Numbered from the stretch's first letter, positions 19,117-30,366 are shown. The stretch is DNA of 64,000 bases from Candidatus Caldarchaeales archaeon (GCA_039630085.1 JBCNVM010000005.1:1-64000); one strand, 5' to 3'. Notes: generated by a model from the sequence alone, not told the origin. A program made the numbers and translations.

Positions 19117-19136
19117 AGGTGACTTGACCCCGGGTC

Positions 19137-19763
19137 TTAGAACCCCTTCGGCCTGATCGGCCTCCTCCTAGAGTGGAAGCCTCCCGCGTCCTTGAACCTC
19201 TCCTCGGCCCAGACGTTGCCCCGCTCGTGGTAGCCCCCGTTCTCCGGCCTCTCCCAGAACCCGTCCTCGTACTCCTCGATGAACTCGATCTCGTTCAGCC
19301 ACTTCGCGCTCTTCCAGAGGTAGAGGTGGGGGATGAAGGGCCTCGCGGGGAACCCGTTCTCGAGGGGGATGGGCCTCCCGTCGATCCTAAGGGCCACGAT
19401 CGCGTCCTCGTCGAGCGCGTCCTCTATCGGCACGGGCGCGGAGTAACCGTCGAGGCACCTGAACATCACCCACCTGGCATCGGGCTTGACGCCCGCGAGC
19501 TCCGCGAGGTGCCTGATCTGTATTCCCTCCCACTCGACGTCCTTCACCGACCACTTGGTTACGCAGTGGGCGTCCCTGACGTACCTCCTCATCGGCATCC
19601 TGAGCAGCTCTTCGTAGGTGAAGGAGAGCGGCCTCTCGACGAGCCCGGTCACAGAGAGCCTGTAGCTGTTCAGGTCTACCCTCGGTATGCCGAGCGCCGC
19701 ATAGACGATGAAGTCCCTGACGTACCTCTGGCCCGGGGGGAGCCTCCCTTGGACCTGCTCCAT
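19137..19763 (-). CDS. Sulfite-oxidase-family molybdopterin oxidoreductase (YuiH-like)
   Basis: 'RLPPGQ', 'HCVTKWS', '[16 protein letters not shown]', 'GFWE..GYH..G'; the true start is ATG 19763, the C-terminal part of the 734-aa ORF. Confidence 0.9.
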   Translation of the reverse strand: MEQVQGRLPPGQRYVRDFIVYAALGIPRVDLNSYRLSVTGLVERPLSFTYEELLRMPMRRYVRDAHCVTKWSVKDVEWEGIQIRHLAELAGVKPDARWVMFRCLDGYSAPVPIEDALDEDAIVALRIDGRPIPLENGFPARPFIPHLYLWKSAKWLNEIEFIEEYEDGFWERPENGGYHERGNVWAEERFKDAGGFHSRRRPIRPKGF

Positions 19764-19865
19764 GCTCCCCTTCGCCGCGTGCCCCGAGAGATATCGGTTT
19801 GTCCTGGCCGCATATCCGATGCCATCGCCCCTCAAATAAATTAACACCGGCGACGCCCTATTGGC

Positions 19866-21650
19866 ATGGATGCGCAGTACATCAGGGGGCTGGTGGAGGC
19901 CGCGCAGGGCAAGCGGAGGCTCACGCTCCTCCTGAAGGGTGCACAGGTCCTCAACGTCTACTCGGGCGAGGTGGAGGAGGCCGACGTCGGGATTTACGGC
20001 GACAGGGTCGTCTACGTGGGGAGGGACGCGCCGAGCGCGGAGACCGTGCTGAACGTCGAGGGCGTGATCGTGCCGGGCTTCATCGACACCCACCTTCACA
20101 TCGAGAGCAGCATGGTCACCCCCGCCAGGTTCGCGGAGGCCGTCCTCCCGCACGGGACGACGACGGTCTGCGCGGATCCTCACGAGATCGCGAACGTCCT
20201 CGGGATCGAGGGCGTCAGGATGATGCTCGAGAACTCGAGGGGCCTGCCCATGAGGATCACGTACTTCGTGCCGACCTGCGTCCCCGAGTCCGACGCGGTC
20301 ACGGCCGGGGCCGAAATCACCCCGGAGGACGTCGAGAGGGCCCTCGACTGGGAGGGGATAGTCGGGCTGGGCGAGGTGATGGACTTCGAGTCGGTCCTCG
20401 CGGGCCGCGAGAAGTTCATGCGGATCCTCGAGATAGGCTGGAGGAGGAGGTGCGTGATAGACGGCCACTGCGTCCTCCTTTCGGGCGCGAGGCTGAACGC
20501 GTACGTCGCGACGGGCCCCGAGGCGGACCACGAGAACTTCACCGTCGAGTCCGCGGTCGAGAAGCTCAGGAGGGGGATGTACGTCAAGCTCAGGGGACCC
20601 TACATCCTTGACCCGTCGAGGTTCGTGAGGGCGATCGGTTCGCTTCCGAGCCCCTGGGACCGGGTGATCCTGGTGACGGACGACGTGATGCCTGACACGC
20701 TCGCGGAGAGGGGCCATCTGGACTTCGTTGTGAGGTCGATGATCGAAGCCGGCATGGACGAGGTCGAGGCGGTGCGGAGCGTCACGCTGAGGCCCGCGAC
20801 CCACATGAGGATGTTCGAGCTGGGAGCGGTCTCGCCGGGCAAGGTCGCCGACTTGGTCGTCCTCGGGAGCCTGAGGAGGGTCGACGCGAGGATGGTGCTC
20901 TTCGGGGGCAGGGTCGTCGCGAGGGACGGGAGGCTCGTCGTGGACCTCCCCGAGAGGAAGTTCGACAGGAGGGCCCTCGGGACCGTCAAGGTGGGGGAAC
21001 TGAGGCCCGAGGACTTCGAGTTCAGGCCGCCGGTGAGCGACGGCAGGCTGGTCCTGAACGTGATCGAGTTCAGGAGGCCCGACCCCTCGGTCGGGGACGT
21101 CTCGAGGGCGTTCCTCGAGATGATCGTGACGAAGAGGTCGACGGCGGAGGTCGAGGTGAGGGGAGGCAGGGCGATGCTCGGAGACGTGGCGCTGATGGTC
21201 GTCGTGGAAAGGCACAGGCGCACCGGGAAGAGGGGCTACGGGTTCGTGAAGGGCTTCATGGAGAGGGGCGCGATCGCGACGACCGTCGCCCACGACTCCC
21301 ACAACCTCGCGGTCATAGGGACCGACCCGAGGGACATGCACCTCGCGGCGACCGAGGTCGTCAAGTCCGAGGGGGGACTGGTCGCGGTCCTCAACGGCGA
21401 GGTCCTATCGAGGATAGAGCTCCCCATCGCGGGGCTGATGTCAGAGGAGCCGGTGCGGGTCATGGCTGAGAAGATGAAGGGGTTCAGGAAGGCGCTGGAG
21501 AGGCTCGGAGCCATCGACCACCCCTACATGCCGATCGTCTCGCTCCTCACGCTGTCCGTCATCCCCGAGGCCCGCGTCACCGACAAGGGGCTCTTCGACG
21601 TCAACGCGCAGAGGTTCGTGGACCCGGTAGCGGCCGTCGTCCCCGCGTGA
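19866..21650 (+). CDS. ade: Adenine deaminase
   Basis: '[13 protein letters not shown]', 'DPHEIANV.G', 'GLGEVM', 'DGH', 'DHE', 'VAHDSHN', 'LPIAGLMS', 'LSVIPE'. Confidence 0.92.
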   Translation: MDAQYIRGLVEAAQGKRRLTLLLKGAQVLNVYSGEVEEADVGIYGDRVVYVGRDAPSAETVLNVEGVIVPGFIDTHLHIESSMVTPARFAEAVLPHGTTTVCADPHEIANVLGIEGVRMMLENSRGLPMRITYFVPTCVPESDAVTAGAEITPEDVERALDWEGIVGLGEVMDFESVLAGREKFMRILEIGWRRRCVIDGHCVLLSGARLNAYVATGPEADHENFTVESAVEKLRRGMYVKLRGPYILDPSRFVRAIGSLPSPWDRVILVTDDVMPDTLAERGHLDFVVRSMIEAGMDEVEAVRSVTLRPATHMRMFELGAVSPGKVADLVVLGSLRRVDARMVLFGGRVVARDGRLVVDLPERKFDRRALGTVKVGELRPEDFEFRPPVSDGRLVLNVIEFRRPDPSVGDVSRAFLEMIVTKRSTAEVEVRGGRAMLGDVALMVVVERHRRTGKRGYGFVKGFMERGAIATTVAHDSHNLAVIGTDPRDMHLAATEVVKSEGGLVAVLNGEVLSRIELPIAGLMSEEPVRVMAEKMKGFRKALERLGAIDHPYMPIVSLLTLSVIPEARVTDKGLFDVNAQRFVDPVAAVVPA

Positions 21651-21660
21651 ACCTGCGGCG

Positions 21661-23061
21661 GTGCGCAATTTGGAGCTGGACCTACTCCTGAGGGACTGCA
21701 GGGTAGCAGACCCGTTCGGGACCTTCGAGTGCGACGTCGGTGTGGAGGGCGGGAAAATCGCGGTCATCGCGAAGTCCGTCGAGGCCCGGGCCGAGAAAGT
21801 GATCGACGCTTCCGGGAAGTTAGTCGTCCCGGGTGCGATAGACGGGCACGTGCACTTTGAGATGCAGTACGGAGGAGGGATCGCGACGGCCGACGACTTC
21901 GACTCCGGGAGCGCGGCGGCCTCGTGCGGCGGTGTCACGACCTTCATCGACTTCGTGACGCCGGAGAGAGGAGGCTCGGTCGTCGGGGCCTTCGAGGAGA
22001 GGCTTGCGGCCGCATCCGCGAGGTCGAGGATCGACTTCGGGCTCCACGTCTGCGTCCTCGAGTGGGGTCCGCGGGTCGAGGCCGAGCTGAACGAGCTCGT
22101 GGGCAGGAGGGGCGTCTCCTCGGTCAAGGTCTTCACGGCCTACAGCAGGAGGGGCCTGATGATCGACGACGGGTCCCTCCTCCGGGCGCTCAGATGGGCC
22201 GCGGGAGCCGGAGTGCTGGTCCTCTGCCACTGCGAGAACGAGTGGATCGTGCTCAGGGAGACCGAGAGGCTCGCGGAGGAGGCGAACGCGGACGTCTCGA
22301 GGTACGAGGAGAGCAGGCCGGCGGTCTCGGAGGCAGAGGCGGTCCTCAGGCTGGGCTACCTCTCGTCCGTGACAGGAGCCGAGGTCCTGGTCGTCCACCT
22401 CACGTCGGGGGCGGGGCTCAAGGCCGCGGAGGCCGCGAGGAGGATTGGAGCGAGGATGCTGGTCGAGACCTGTCCCCACTACCTCGTATTGTCCAAGGAT
22501 GTCTACTCGAGGCCCGACGGCGGACTCTTCGTCATGGCGCCGCCCCTCAGGGCGAAGGAGGACGCTGAGGCCCTCTGGTCAGGGCTCGCCTCGGGCCAGA
22601 TAGACGTCGTGGGGAGCGACCACGCTCCCTACGCGTCGGCCATCAAGCTGAGGTCGAGGGACTTCCGGGAGATACCGGGAGGCGTACAGGGGACCGAGTC
22701 GATCGTCCCGATACTCTTCTCGGAGGGCGTGAGGAAGGGCAGGATAACTCTCGAGGAGTTCGTCCGCCTGACCTCCTATAACCCCGCGAGGGCCTACGGC
22801 CTCTATCCGAGGAAGGGGAGGATTGCGGTGGGCGCCGACGCGGACATCGTCCTGATCGATCCGGAGAGGAGGGTGAGGCTCGGGAGGGACGTCCTCCACA
22901 GCAGGCTCGACTTCTCGATCTACGAGGGGATGGAGGTGACCGGGTATCCGGTGATGACGGTCTCGAGGGGCGAGGTGGTCGCGGAGGACGGAGAGGTAAC
23001 CTCGAGGCCCGGGAGGGGAGTTTACGTCCACAGGGCGACCAAGGCTCAGGGGCCCAAGTAG
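21661..23061 (+). CDS. hydA: Dihydropyrimidinase / D-hydantoinase (HydA/HyuA-like)
   Basis: 'PGAIDGHVH', 'GGVTTFIDF', 'HCEN', 'ETCPHYL', 'PPLR', 'GSDHAP', 'YPRKG.IAVGADAD'. Confidence 0.88.
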   Translation: MRNLELDLLLRDCRVADPFGTFECDVGVEGGKIAVIAKSVEARAEKVIDASGKLVVPGAIDGHVHFEMQYGGGIATADDFDSGSAAASCGGVTTFIDFVTPERGGSVVGAFEERLAAASARSRIDFGLHVCVLEWGPRVEAELNELVGRRGVSSVKVFTAYSRRGLMIDDGSLLRALRWAAGAGVLVLCHCENEWIVLRETERLAEEANADVSRYEESRPAVSEAEAVLRLGYLSSVTGAEVLVVHLTSGAGLKAAEAARRIGARMLVETCPHYLVLSKDVYSRPDGGLFVMAPPLRAKEDAEALWSGLASGQIDVVGSDHAPYASAIKLRSRDFREIPGGVQGTESIVPILFSEGVRKGRITLEEFVRLTSYNPARAYGLYPRKGRIAVGADADIVLIDPERRVRLGRDVLHSRLDFSIYEGMEVTGYPVMTVSRGEVVAEDGEVTSRPGRGVYVHRATKAQGPK

Positions 23062-24311
23062 TGCCTCAGCTGCTTGACGTCCGGCGTTATCAGCGGTATC
23101 TCCCCGACCGTTGGGACGAGCTTCTCGACCTCCTTCAGGCCCGAGCCCGTGACCAGCACGACCGCTTCGTCGGACTCGTCGAGTTGGCCTTCGTCCCTCA
23201 ATCTTATCGCGGCCGCGACACCGACCGCGCCCGAGGGCTCCGCGAAGACGCCAGCCTTACTGGCGAGCAGCCTCACGGCCTCAAGGATCTCCTGGTCGCT
23301 TACCGCGACCGCTGTCCCTCCGGTCCTCCGGATTCCCTCCAACGCCGCGTCGCCGTCCCAAGGATACGGGTCCAGGAGCCCGGAGGCGATCGACTTGGGC
23401 GACCTCTCGGGTTCGACCTCGCTGAAGGAGAGCCCCCTCCTGACGGCCCTCACGAGGGGTTGGTTGCCCTCTGGCTGGACCGCGATCAGCCTCGGCATCT
23501 CGCCCTCCACGAGCCCGAGCTCGACGAGGTCCCTCACGCCCTTCCAGATCCCCGCGAGGAGGCAGCCCGAACCCGTCGGGACGATCACCGCGTCCGGGAA
23601 CCTCCAGCCCAGCTGCTCCGCGACCTCGTAGAGGATGGTCTTGGGGCCCTCGACCTGATAGGGGTTGAAGGGTCCGAAGCTCGGGCAGGGGTACCAGCCG
23701 AACTCGTCGACCGCCATAAGCATCGCCTGGACCGTCGGGTCCTTCCCCTCCTCGACCGCCCTGACCCTGAAAAGCCTCGCACCGTAGGAGAGCAGCTGCG
23801 CGGCCTTCCCCAGCGAGACGCTCTCGGGGACGAACGCGACGCACCTCAGCCCCAAGCTCGCGGCGTAGGCGGCGAGCGCGGATGCCGCGTTCCCGCTGGA
23901 CGCGGTCACGACCGTCTCCACCCCCCACTCGGCGGCCTTCGCGGCTCCCACGGCCATCGCCCTGTCCTTGAACGAGCCCGTCGGATTCCTGGTCTCGTCC
24001 TTCAGCCTCATCCTCCTCAGGCCGAGGTGGTCGTTGAGCCTCCTGGCGCAGAAGAGCGGTGTCAGGCCCTCGTCGAGGGGCGTGCCGAACTCCCTCGCGG
24101 CAGGGAGCAGCTCCCAGTACCTCCAGACCCCTCCGGTCCATGGCCTCTTTGAGACCGTCTCCCGTCTCAGGAACTCCTTCAGCTCCTCGTAGTCGTAGAC
24201 GACGTCGAGCCTCCCCAGGTCCCTCGAGCCGCAGAGGACCGGCCTCTCGGCCGGCAGGTAGCTCCTCCCGCACTTGGAGCAGACCAGCTCGCTGACGAAG
24301 GACAAGCTCAT
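23046..24311 (-). CDS. Threonine-synthase-like PLP enzyme (fold type II)
   Basis: 'NPTGSFKDR' PLP lysine, 'SSGNA', 'PTGSG', 'AEPSGA', 'TGSGLK'; co-transcribed with an amidohydrolase. Confidence 0.85.
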   Translation of the reverse strand: MSLSFVSELVCSKCGRSYLPAERPVLCGSRDLGRLDVVYDYEELKEFLRRETVSKRPWTGGVWRYWELLPAAREFGTPLDEGLTPLFCARRLNDHLGLRRMRLKDETRNPTGSFKDRAMAVGAAKAAEWGVETVVTASSGNAASALAAYAASLGLRCVAFVPESVSLGKAAQLLSYGARLFRVRAVEEGKDPTVQAMLMAVDEFGWYPCPSFGPFNPYQVEGPKTILYEVAEQLGWRFPDAVIVPTGSGCLLAGIWKGVRDLVELGLVEGEMPRLIAVQPEGNQPLVRAVRRGLSFSEVEPERSPKSIASGLLDPYPWDGDAALEGIRRTGGTAVAVSDQEILEAVRLLASKAGVFAEPSGAVGVAAAIRLRDEGQLDESDEAVVLVTGSGLKEVEKLVPTVGEIPLITPDVKQLRHYLGP

Positions 24312-25684
24312 GCACCTCCGCGCAGCGGCTCCACGGCCCTGTGCGGCCCCCCGCCGAGCCTCTCCCAGAGCCTCTCGACCGACCTGAGGACCTTCTCCTC
24401 CGCCTCCCTCTGGTCGACCCTCAGAAGCCTCCCGTCCCTTGCGACGACCTCGCCCCCGACCATCACGAGCCTTACGTCAGAGCCCCTCACGCCGTTGACG
24501 ACGTAGGAGTACGGGTCTCCGGTCAGCGGCGCGGCCATTACCGTCGGCCTCACGACGATGAGGTCCGCGAGCTTCCCGGGCTTCAGGGACCCGAGGTCCC
24601 TCAGTCCGTAAGCCATAGCGGCCCTGACGGTCACCATCTCTAAGACCTCCTTCGCGGAGAGCGCGGTCGGGTCCCTCCTGTGGACCCTGTGGACCAAGAA
24701 CGCGGCCCTGGCGTTCTCGAAGGCGTCGAAGACGTAGCCGTCGTTGCCGAGGCAGACGTTCACGCCCTCCCTGAGCATCTCGGGGACCGGTGAGACCCCG
24801 ACCGCGTTCAGCATGTTGCTCATCGGGTTGTGAGCCACGTTGGTTCCCGTCCTCGCGAGGACCGAGATCTCCTTAGGGGAGAGGTGAACGCAGTGGGCCA
24901 AGACGGCCTTCGGCGAGAGCAGCCCGAGCCCCTCGAGCCTCTCGACGGTCCTCACCCCGTACCTCTCGATGTTGTGGTAGACGTCGTTCGGCCCCTCGGA
25001 GACGTGGACCGTGATCGGGCAATCGAACCGCTCCGAGAGCTCGACGGCCCTCCTGATCAGGTCGTCGGTGACCGTGAAGGACGCGTGGACGCTAACCATC
25101 CCCTTCGCCCTCCTCGAAGCGGAGCTCGAGAGGAACCGCTCGTTCTCCCTGAGCCCCCTCAGGCCCTCCTCGCCGCTCCTCCTCTCTGTGGCCTCGAAGG
25201 AGACCAGGCCCCTGATCCCGACCTCGTCGACAGCCCTAGCTATCGCGTCGAGGGAGCCCTCTATCCCGTTGGGCGCCGAGTAAGTGTCGGCGAAGCAGGT
25301 GGTCCCGGTGAGGGCCATCTCCATGCACGCCGCGAGGGCCGTCGCGTAGGCCGCCTCGTTGTCGAGCCTCTCGTCCAGCGGCCACCAGACCCTCTGGAGG
25401 ATCTGGAGGAAGTCGGAGGGCGGTTCGACCTTGAGGTTCGAGCCCCGCAGCGCGATCCCGTAGAGGTGGGTGTGGCCGCAGATCAGCCCGGGAAGCACGA
25501 AGCAGCCCCTCGCGTCGATGACCTCGTCGGCCTTCGCCCCCCTCGTCACCTCCTCGACCTTTCCGACCGCGGCTATCCTCTCGTCCTCAACCAGTACGGC
25601 CCCTTCCCTGATCACCCCGAGACCCTCGTCCATCGTGACGACCACGCCGCCCCTCACCAGCTTCCTCTCGTGCCCCATCTTCAC
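24308..25684 (-). CDS. Amidohydrolase, SsnA/MtaD family
   Basis: 'PGLICGHTHLY', 'FLQILQRVWWPLD', 'HASFT', 'HVSEG', 'AHCVH', 'HNPMSNMLNAVG', 'LGNDG'. Confidence 0.88.
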   Translation of the reverse strand: MKMGHERKLVRGGVVVTMDEGLGVIREGAVLVEDERIAAVGKVEEVTRGAKADEVIDARGCFVLPGLICGHTHLYGIALRGSNLKVEPPSDFLQILQRVWWPLDERLDNEAAYATALAACMEMALTGTTCFADTYSAPNGIEGSLDAIARAVDEVGIRGLVSFEATERRSGEEGLRGLRENERFLSSSASRRAKGMVSVHASFTVTDDLIRRAVELSERFDCPITVHVSEGPNDVYHNIERYGVRTVERLEGLGLLSPKAVLAHCVHLSPKEISVLARTGTNVAHNPMSNMLNAVGVSPVPEMLREGVNVCLGNDGYVFDAFENARAAFLVHRVHRRDPTALSAKEVLEMVTVRAAMAYGLRDLGSLKPGKLADLIVVRPTVMAAPLTGDPYSYVVNGVRGSDVRLVMVGGEVVARDGRLLRVDQREAEEKVLRSVERLWERLGGGPHRAVEPLRGGA

Positions 25685-25687
25685 ACC

Positions 25688-26695
25688 TCAGAGCGCTGCG
25701 AGGGCCCTAACCGCGTACTCCACGTCCCCGCTCAGCGGCAGGATGAGGGGCGCGGTGCAGCCGTGGGCCATGTACTCCTCGATCTTCCTCTTAACCTCCG
25801 AAGGCGTCCCCGATGCGGTGATGAGCCTCACGACGTCGTCCGGCACGATCTCCATCGCCCTCTCGATCCCGCCCGGCTTCGCAGGCCAACCTCCCATCGC
25901 CCTCTGGACTTCCTCGATCAGGTCCTCGCTCACGCCGCTCGCCTTCATGATGTGGGGCTGCTGGCCGAGGGTCATCGTCACGTGCTTCTTCGCGAGCCTG
26001 ATCGCGTGGTCGCCGTCCTCGTGGATCGAGCAGGCTATCAGCTGGGGCCTGTCGATCTCCTCGAGCCTCCTCCCGGCCTTCGCGGCCCCGGCCTTGATGT
26101 GCTCGATGGCTCTGTCGTTGTAGAGGGGCGAGACTAGGTAGTTGAGGAGGACGCCGTCAGCGATCTCGCCGGAGAGCTCCATCATCTTGAACCCGGTCGC
26201 GCCGATGTAGATAGGGATGTTCCTCGGGACAGGGCCCTTGCCGTGCAGGACGTCGAGCCTGACGCCCCTGAGCTTCACGAACTCGCCCTCGTAGGTCACC
26301 TCCTCCATCCTGAAGAGCCTCCTGATCGCCTCGACGTACTCCCTCATACACGTGAGGGGCTCTTTCCTCTCGATCCCGACCTTCCACGCGAGCGGGTCCC
26401 ACCACGCCCCGAGCCCCAGCAGTATCCTGTCGTCGGCGAGCTCGTCCAGCGTCGCGAAGGTCTGCGCGATCAGGGCCGCGTTCCTGGTCCACGTGTTGAT
26501 GACGCCCGCTCCCACCTTGATCCTCCTAGTAACGGCGGCTATCGCGGTCATCGGGACGATCGCGTCCCTCGAGAGCCTGGACTCCGCGATCCAGACTGAC
26601 TCGAACCCGTGCTCCTCCGCGACCTGCGCGTACCTCATCATGTCCCTGACGTGCATGTCCTGGAGGTAAAGCCCGAGACGGGGTATCGAGCCCAC
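25688..26695 (-). CDS. LLM-class (Mer-like, F420/flavin-dependent) oxidoreductase
   Basis: '[13 protein letters not shown]', 'T.RIKVG.GV', 'ATLDELA..R..LGLG', '[18 protein letters not shown]'. Confidence 0.88.
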   Translation of the reverse strand: MGSIPRLGLYLQDMHVRDMMRYAQVAEEHGFESVWIAESRLSRDAIVPMTAIAAVTRRIKVGAGVINTWTRNAALIAQTFATLDELADDRILLGLGAWWDPLAWKVGIERKEPLTCMREYVEAIRRLFRMEEVTYEGEFVKLRGVRLDVLHGKGPVPRNIPIYIGATGFKMMELSGEIADGVLLNYLVSPLYNDRAIEHIKAGAAKAGRRLEEIDRPQLIACSIHEDGDHAIRLAKKHVTMTLGQQPHIMKASGVSEDLIEEVQRAMGGWPAKPGGIERAMEIVPDDVVRLITASGTPSEVKRKIEEYMAHGCTAPLILPLSGDVEYAVRALAAL

Positions 26696-26781
26696 GCGTT
26701 AAGTCCCTCGCCGCGAGTAATAAGATGGATACCGGTAAGGGCGAGTTAAGCTTTTCACGGTCCGGGAGCAGTGGGGATTCG

Positions 26782-27276
26782 GTGTGGGTCATAGCGGTCT
26801 TCGGGTTCAAGATGGCCGGTAAGACGAGGCTCGCCTCGATGATCGTCTCGGCGCTCAGGTCCATGGGGTACAGGGTCGCGGCCGTGAAGCACGTCCACCA
26901 CGCCGACTTCACGATTGAAAGGGAGGGGTCCGACAGCTGGAGGCTCTACCAGTCCGGCGCCGACCCCGTCATCGTCTCCTCGCCGAGGGAGACAGCGGTG
27001 ATCCATAGGTCCCTGTCTATCAGGGGGATTGAGGACCTGAAGGGGCTCGCCGGCGACGTCGACTTCGTCGTCGTCGAGGGGTTCCAGTCGGTGATGCCCC
27101 AGGACTCCGAGGGCGTCGTCAGGATTAGGGTGCTCAGCAGGGAGGGCGAGGAGGCGGGGCCCAGCGACATCCCGGTCTCCTTCGCGTCCAACCCTGCGGC
27201 GAGGTACGTCCTGCCCGACGAGTTCGGGGAGCTCCTGTCGGAGGTCCTGAGGGCGGTCCGCGGGGGCAGCCGGTGA
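26782..27276 (+). CDS. mobB: Molybdopterin-guanine dinucleotide biosynthesis protein B
   Basis: 'GFKMAGKT', 'VAAVKH.HH', 'G.DSWR', 'VVEGF'; GTG start inferred. Confidence 0.88.
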   Translation: MWVIAVFGFKMAGKTRLASMIVSALRSMGYRVAAVKHVHHADFTIEREGSDSWRLYQSGADPVIVSSPRETAVIHRSLSIRGIEDLKGLAGDVDFVVVEGFQSVMPQDSEGVVRIRVLSREGEEAGPSDIPVSFASNPAARYVLPDEFGELLSEVLRAVRGGSR

Positions 27277-27283
27277 GGCCGCG

Positions 27284-28480
27284 TTGAAGTCACTGAGGCT
27301 CGTGACCCTCGAAGAGGCCAGAAGGGCCGCGGAGGCCGCGGGGTCCCGGAAGACCCTGGATCGGGTCGAGCTGCCGATAGAGGAGGCGGTGGGCCGTATA
27401 GTCGCGGAGCCGGTGTTCTCGAGCACAGACGTCCCGGGGGTCGACAGGGCGGCCCTTGACGGTTTCGCGACCAAGTTCGACTTCTTGGAGAGGAGGGAGG
27501 GTGACGGTGCCGTCAGGCTCAGGCTCTCGGAGGCTCCCGTTGACGGGCCTTGGGCGGTGAGCGTCTTCACCGGGCAGCCGACCCCTCCGGGCTCCGACGT
27601 CGTGATCAGGGCGGAACACGCGAGGCTCGAGGGCCAGACGCTGTACTTCAGGGGAACGGCCGAGAGGTGGGAGAACGTCGAGAGGAGGGGCTCGTTCTTC
27701 GGGGCCGGCGATCCGGTCGTCGAGCGCGGCGATGTCATCAGGCCTCCGCACGTCGCCGTCCTCTCGGAGCTCGGGGTGAGGAGGGTCTCGGTGTACAGGA
27801 GGCCGAGGTGCGCGGTGATCTCGATCGGCGGCGAGCTCCTCGGCGACTCGGGGAGGGCCATCCCGAACGACTACGCCCACGTCGTCGCTTCGTACCTCTC
27901 GCAGATGGGCTGCGGGATCACCTCGATCGAGGCGGTCGGGGACGGAGTCGAGGAGGTGGCGGGCGCGGTGGAGGAGGCTGCGGGCAGAAACGACCTAGTC
28001 GTCACCGTCGGAAGGGCCTCCAGCGGCAGCAACGACGTCGTCCAGAGGGCCTACTCGGGCATGGAGGGCGCGGAGGTCCTCTTCCACGGCGTGAGGCTCC
28101 ACCCCGGCAAGCCTACTGGTCTGGTGATGCTGGGGGAGAAGTGCTGGCTGATACTCCCCGCCTCTCTCACCGCCGCGATCGCCGGCCTCCACCTGATCGG
28201 GGTGCCATACCTGAGGTCCCTTATCGGCCTCAGGACGCCTCCGCCTGAGCTCACGGCCAGGCTGGACGGCGACGCGCCCGGAAGGCCGGGGGTCAGCAGC
28301 GTCTACTTCGTCTCCATCGGGCCCTCAGGAGACGGGGTCGGGGCGAAAGTTCTCCCGAAGGGCGTCAACAACCTCTACACCGCGTCCAAGGCGAACGGAT
28401 TCCTCGTCGTCCCGCCCGGCGCCCACATGGCTTCCGGCGAGGCCGCGAGGCTGACCCTCCTCGGGAGGCTGACTTACTGA
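27284..28480 (+). CDS. moeA: Molybdopterin molybdotransferase MoeA
   Basis: 'DVP..DRAALDGFA', 'TGQPTP', 'HGV.LHPGKP'. Confidence 0.88.
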   Translation: MKSLRLVTLEEARRAAEAAGSRKTLDRVELPIEEAVGRIVAEPVFSSTDVPGVDRAALDGFATKFDFLERREGDGAVRLRLSEAPVDGPWAVSVFTGQPTPPGSDVVIRAEHARLEGQTLYFRGTAERWENVERRGSFFGAGDPVVERGDVIRPPHVAVLSELGVRRVSVYRRPRCAVISIGGELLGDSGRAIPNDYAHVVASYLSQMGCGITSIEAVGDGVEEVAGAVEEAAGRNDLVVTVGRASSGSNDVVQRAYSGMEGAEVLFHGVRLHPGKPTGLVMLGEKCWLILPASLTAAIAGLHLIGVPYLRSLIGLRTPPPELTARLDGDAPGRPGVSSVYFVSIGPSGDGVGAKVLPKGVNNLYTASKANGFLVVPPGAHMASGEAARLTLLGRLTY

Positions 28481-28522
28481 CCGCGTAAGGCTTATCCAGA
28501 CCGAGGGGGTTGGTGCGGTGAG

Positions 28523-28753
28523 ATGCCCGTCCAAGCGTACGTCCTCATACGGACCAGGCCCGGTTACGCGAAGAGGGTCGCCCAGGAGCTCACGAAGGTC
28601 CAAGGATGCCGCGCGGTCTGCAGCGTCACGGGGAGGTACGACGTGATAGCCTTCGTCGAGGCGGCCGACCTGCAGGCGCTCGGGTCCCTGATCGTCGAGC
28701 GCGTCCACGCCGTCGAGGGGGTCGAGAGGACGGAGACCGCGGTCGTCGTTTGA
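28523..28753 (+). CDS. Stand-alone Lrp/AsnC ligand-binding (RAM) domain protein
   Basis: 'AYVLI', 'VTGRYDVIA', 'GVERTET'; no HTH. Confidence 0.88.
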   Translation: MPVQAYVLIRTRPGYAKRVAQELTKVQGCRAVCSVTGRYDVIAFVEAADLQALGSLIVERVHAVEGVERTETAVVV

Positions 28754-28824
28754 CGGCTGGGCGTCAAGACGGCAGGGCACCATACATCACTCTTTTATTG
28801 TTGATCGGCTCTCACTATAACGAG

Positions 28825-30366
28825 TTGACGGCCCCCCAGCAGGTCCCTCTGGTCGAGATGAGGGGGATAACGAAGAGGTTCCCGGGAGGGGTCGTAGCCA
28901 ACGACGGTGTCGACTTCACCCTTTACGCGGGGGAGGTCCACGCGCTGCTGGGCGAGAACGGCGCTGGCAAGACGACGCTGATGAACATACTCTACGGTCT
29001 CTACGGAAAGGACTCGGGCGAGATCCTGATCGAGGGCAAGAGGGTCAACGTGAGGTCGCCCAAGGACGCGATAAGGCACGGACTCGGGATGGTCCACCAG
29101 CAGTTCAAGCTGATCCCCAAGCACACGGTCCTCGAGAACGTCGTCCTGGGGCTGAAGGAGGCCGGGATCGTGCTGGACTACGGCAGGCTGAGGTCGATGC
29201 TATCGGAGCTGGTCGCGAGGTACGGTTGGAACGTCAGCCCCGACGACTACGTCTGGCAGCTCACGGCCTCCCAGAAGCAGCAGGTCGAGATCCTCAAGAT
29301 GCTCGTGAGGAGGGCGAAGGTCCTGATACTCGACGAGCCGACGTCGATCCTCACGCCGCAGGAGACAGCCCAGTTCTTCGAGAGCGTCAGGGCGATGGCG
29401 AACTCGGGGATGGGCGTCGTGCTAGTGACGCACAAGCTCGAGGAGGTGATGAGGGTGAGCGACAGGGTCACGGTGATGAGGAAGGGGAAGGTCGTCGCGG
29501 TCAGGAGGACCTGCGAGGTCTCCATGGGCGAGCTCGTCTCCCTGATGATAGGGAGGGAGGTGGGACTCTCCTACCCGCACGCGTCCCAGCCCTCGCAGGA
29601 GCAGGTCCTGGTGGTGGAGGACCTCCACGTGAGGGACGACAGGGGCCACCTAGCGGTGAAGGGGGTCTCGTTCAGCGTCAGGAGGGGCGAGATCTTCGGG
29701 ATCGCGGGAGTTGCGGGGAACGGCCAGGACGAGCTCCTCGAGGCGATCTACGGCCTCAGGAGGGTCTCGAAGGGGAGGGTGCTCCTCGCGGGGAAGGACG
29801 CGACGAACAGGCACACGTACGACCTGGTCCTCGAGGGCGTCTCGATGATCGTCCCGGAGCCCCAGAAGGGCGTCGGTCTGGGCCTGGAGGTCGCCGAGAA
29901 CCTCCTGCTGAAGTGCTACAGGAGGCCTCCCTACTCGAGGACCGGAGTGCTGAACAGGGACCTGATGAGGAGGAGGGCCGAGGAGCTGATAAGGAGCCTC
30001 TCGATCGTGACGAGGTCCCCGACCGCGAAGGCCCAGACGCTCTCCGGCGGCAACCTCCAGAGGTTGGTGATCGCGAGGGAGCTCTTCGCGTGTCCCGCCG
30101 GCGAGCTGCCGCAGCTCGTCCTCGCGGCTTATCCGACGAAGGGCCTCGACGTCGGTGCGACGGACTTCGTCAGGAGGCTCCTCCTCGACCTGAAGTCCAA
30201 GGGCGTCGCGATCGTCCTCCTCTCCGACGACCTCGAGGAGCTACTCGCGATGAGCGACAGGATAGGCGTGATGTACAAGGGCGAGATGGTCGGAATACTG
30301 GAGAGAGGTTCGGCGAGCCTGGAGCGGGTGGGCGTCATGATGCTGGGAGCCCGGGGCGCGGGTTAG
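28825..30366 (+). CDS. Tandem ABC ATPase of the nucleoside/purine (CUT2/NupA-like) type
   Basis: 'ITKRFPGGVVAND', 'LLGENGAGKTTLM', 'GMVHQ.F', 'LSGGNLQ', 'PTKGLDVGA'; TTG start at 28825 inferred. Confidence 0.9.
   Translation: MTAPQQVPLVEMRGITKRFPGGVVANDGVDFTLYAGEVHALLGENGAGKTTLMNILYGLYGKDSGEILIEGKRVNVRSPKDAIRHGLGMVHQQFKLIPKHTVLENVVLGLKEAGIVLDYGRLRSMLSELVARYGWNVSPDDYVWQLTASQKQQVEILKMLVRRAKVLILDEPTSILTPQETAQFFESVRAMANSGMGVVLVTHKLEEVMRVSDRVTVMRKGKVVAVRRTCEVSMGELVSLMIGREVGLSYPHASQPSQEQVLVVEDLHVRDDRGHLAVKGVSFSVRRGEIFGIAGVAGNGQDELLEAIYGLRRVSKGRVLLAGKDATNRHTYDLVLEGVSMIVPEPQKGVGLGLEVAENLLLKCYRRPPYSRTGVLNRDLMRRRAEELIRSLSIVTRSPTAKAQTLSGGNLQRLVIARELFACPAGELPQLVLAAYPTKGLDVGATDFVRRLLLDLKSKGVAIVLLSDDLEELLAMSDRIGVMYKGEMVGILERGSASLERVGVMMLGARGAG

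Noticed and set aside
19764-21341. N-terminal part of the 734-aa minus-strand ORF suggesting a giant molybdo-enzyme fusion
   Set aside because: Antisense shadow of adenine deaminase; only 19137-19763 has family motifs.
28816-28823. TATAACGA half-sites upstream of the ABC ATPase (also near 58759, upstream of psmB)
   Set aside because: They lack the CGTTAT second half and are more likely ordinary TATA-region sequence.
28606-28824. N-terminal extension of the ABC ATPase ORF
   Set aside because: Overlaps the Lrp/AsnC gene out of frame and a promoter-like AT-rich gap.
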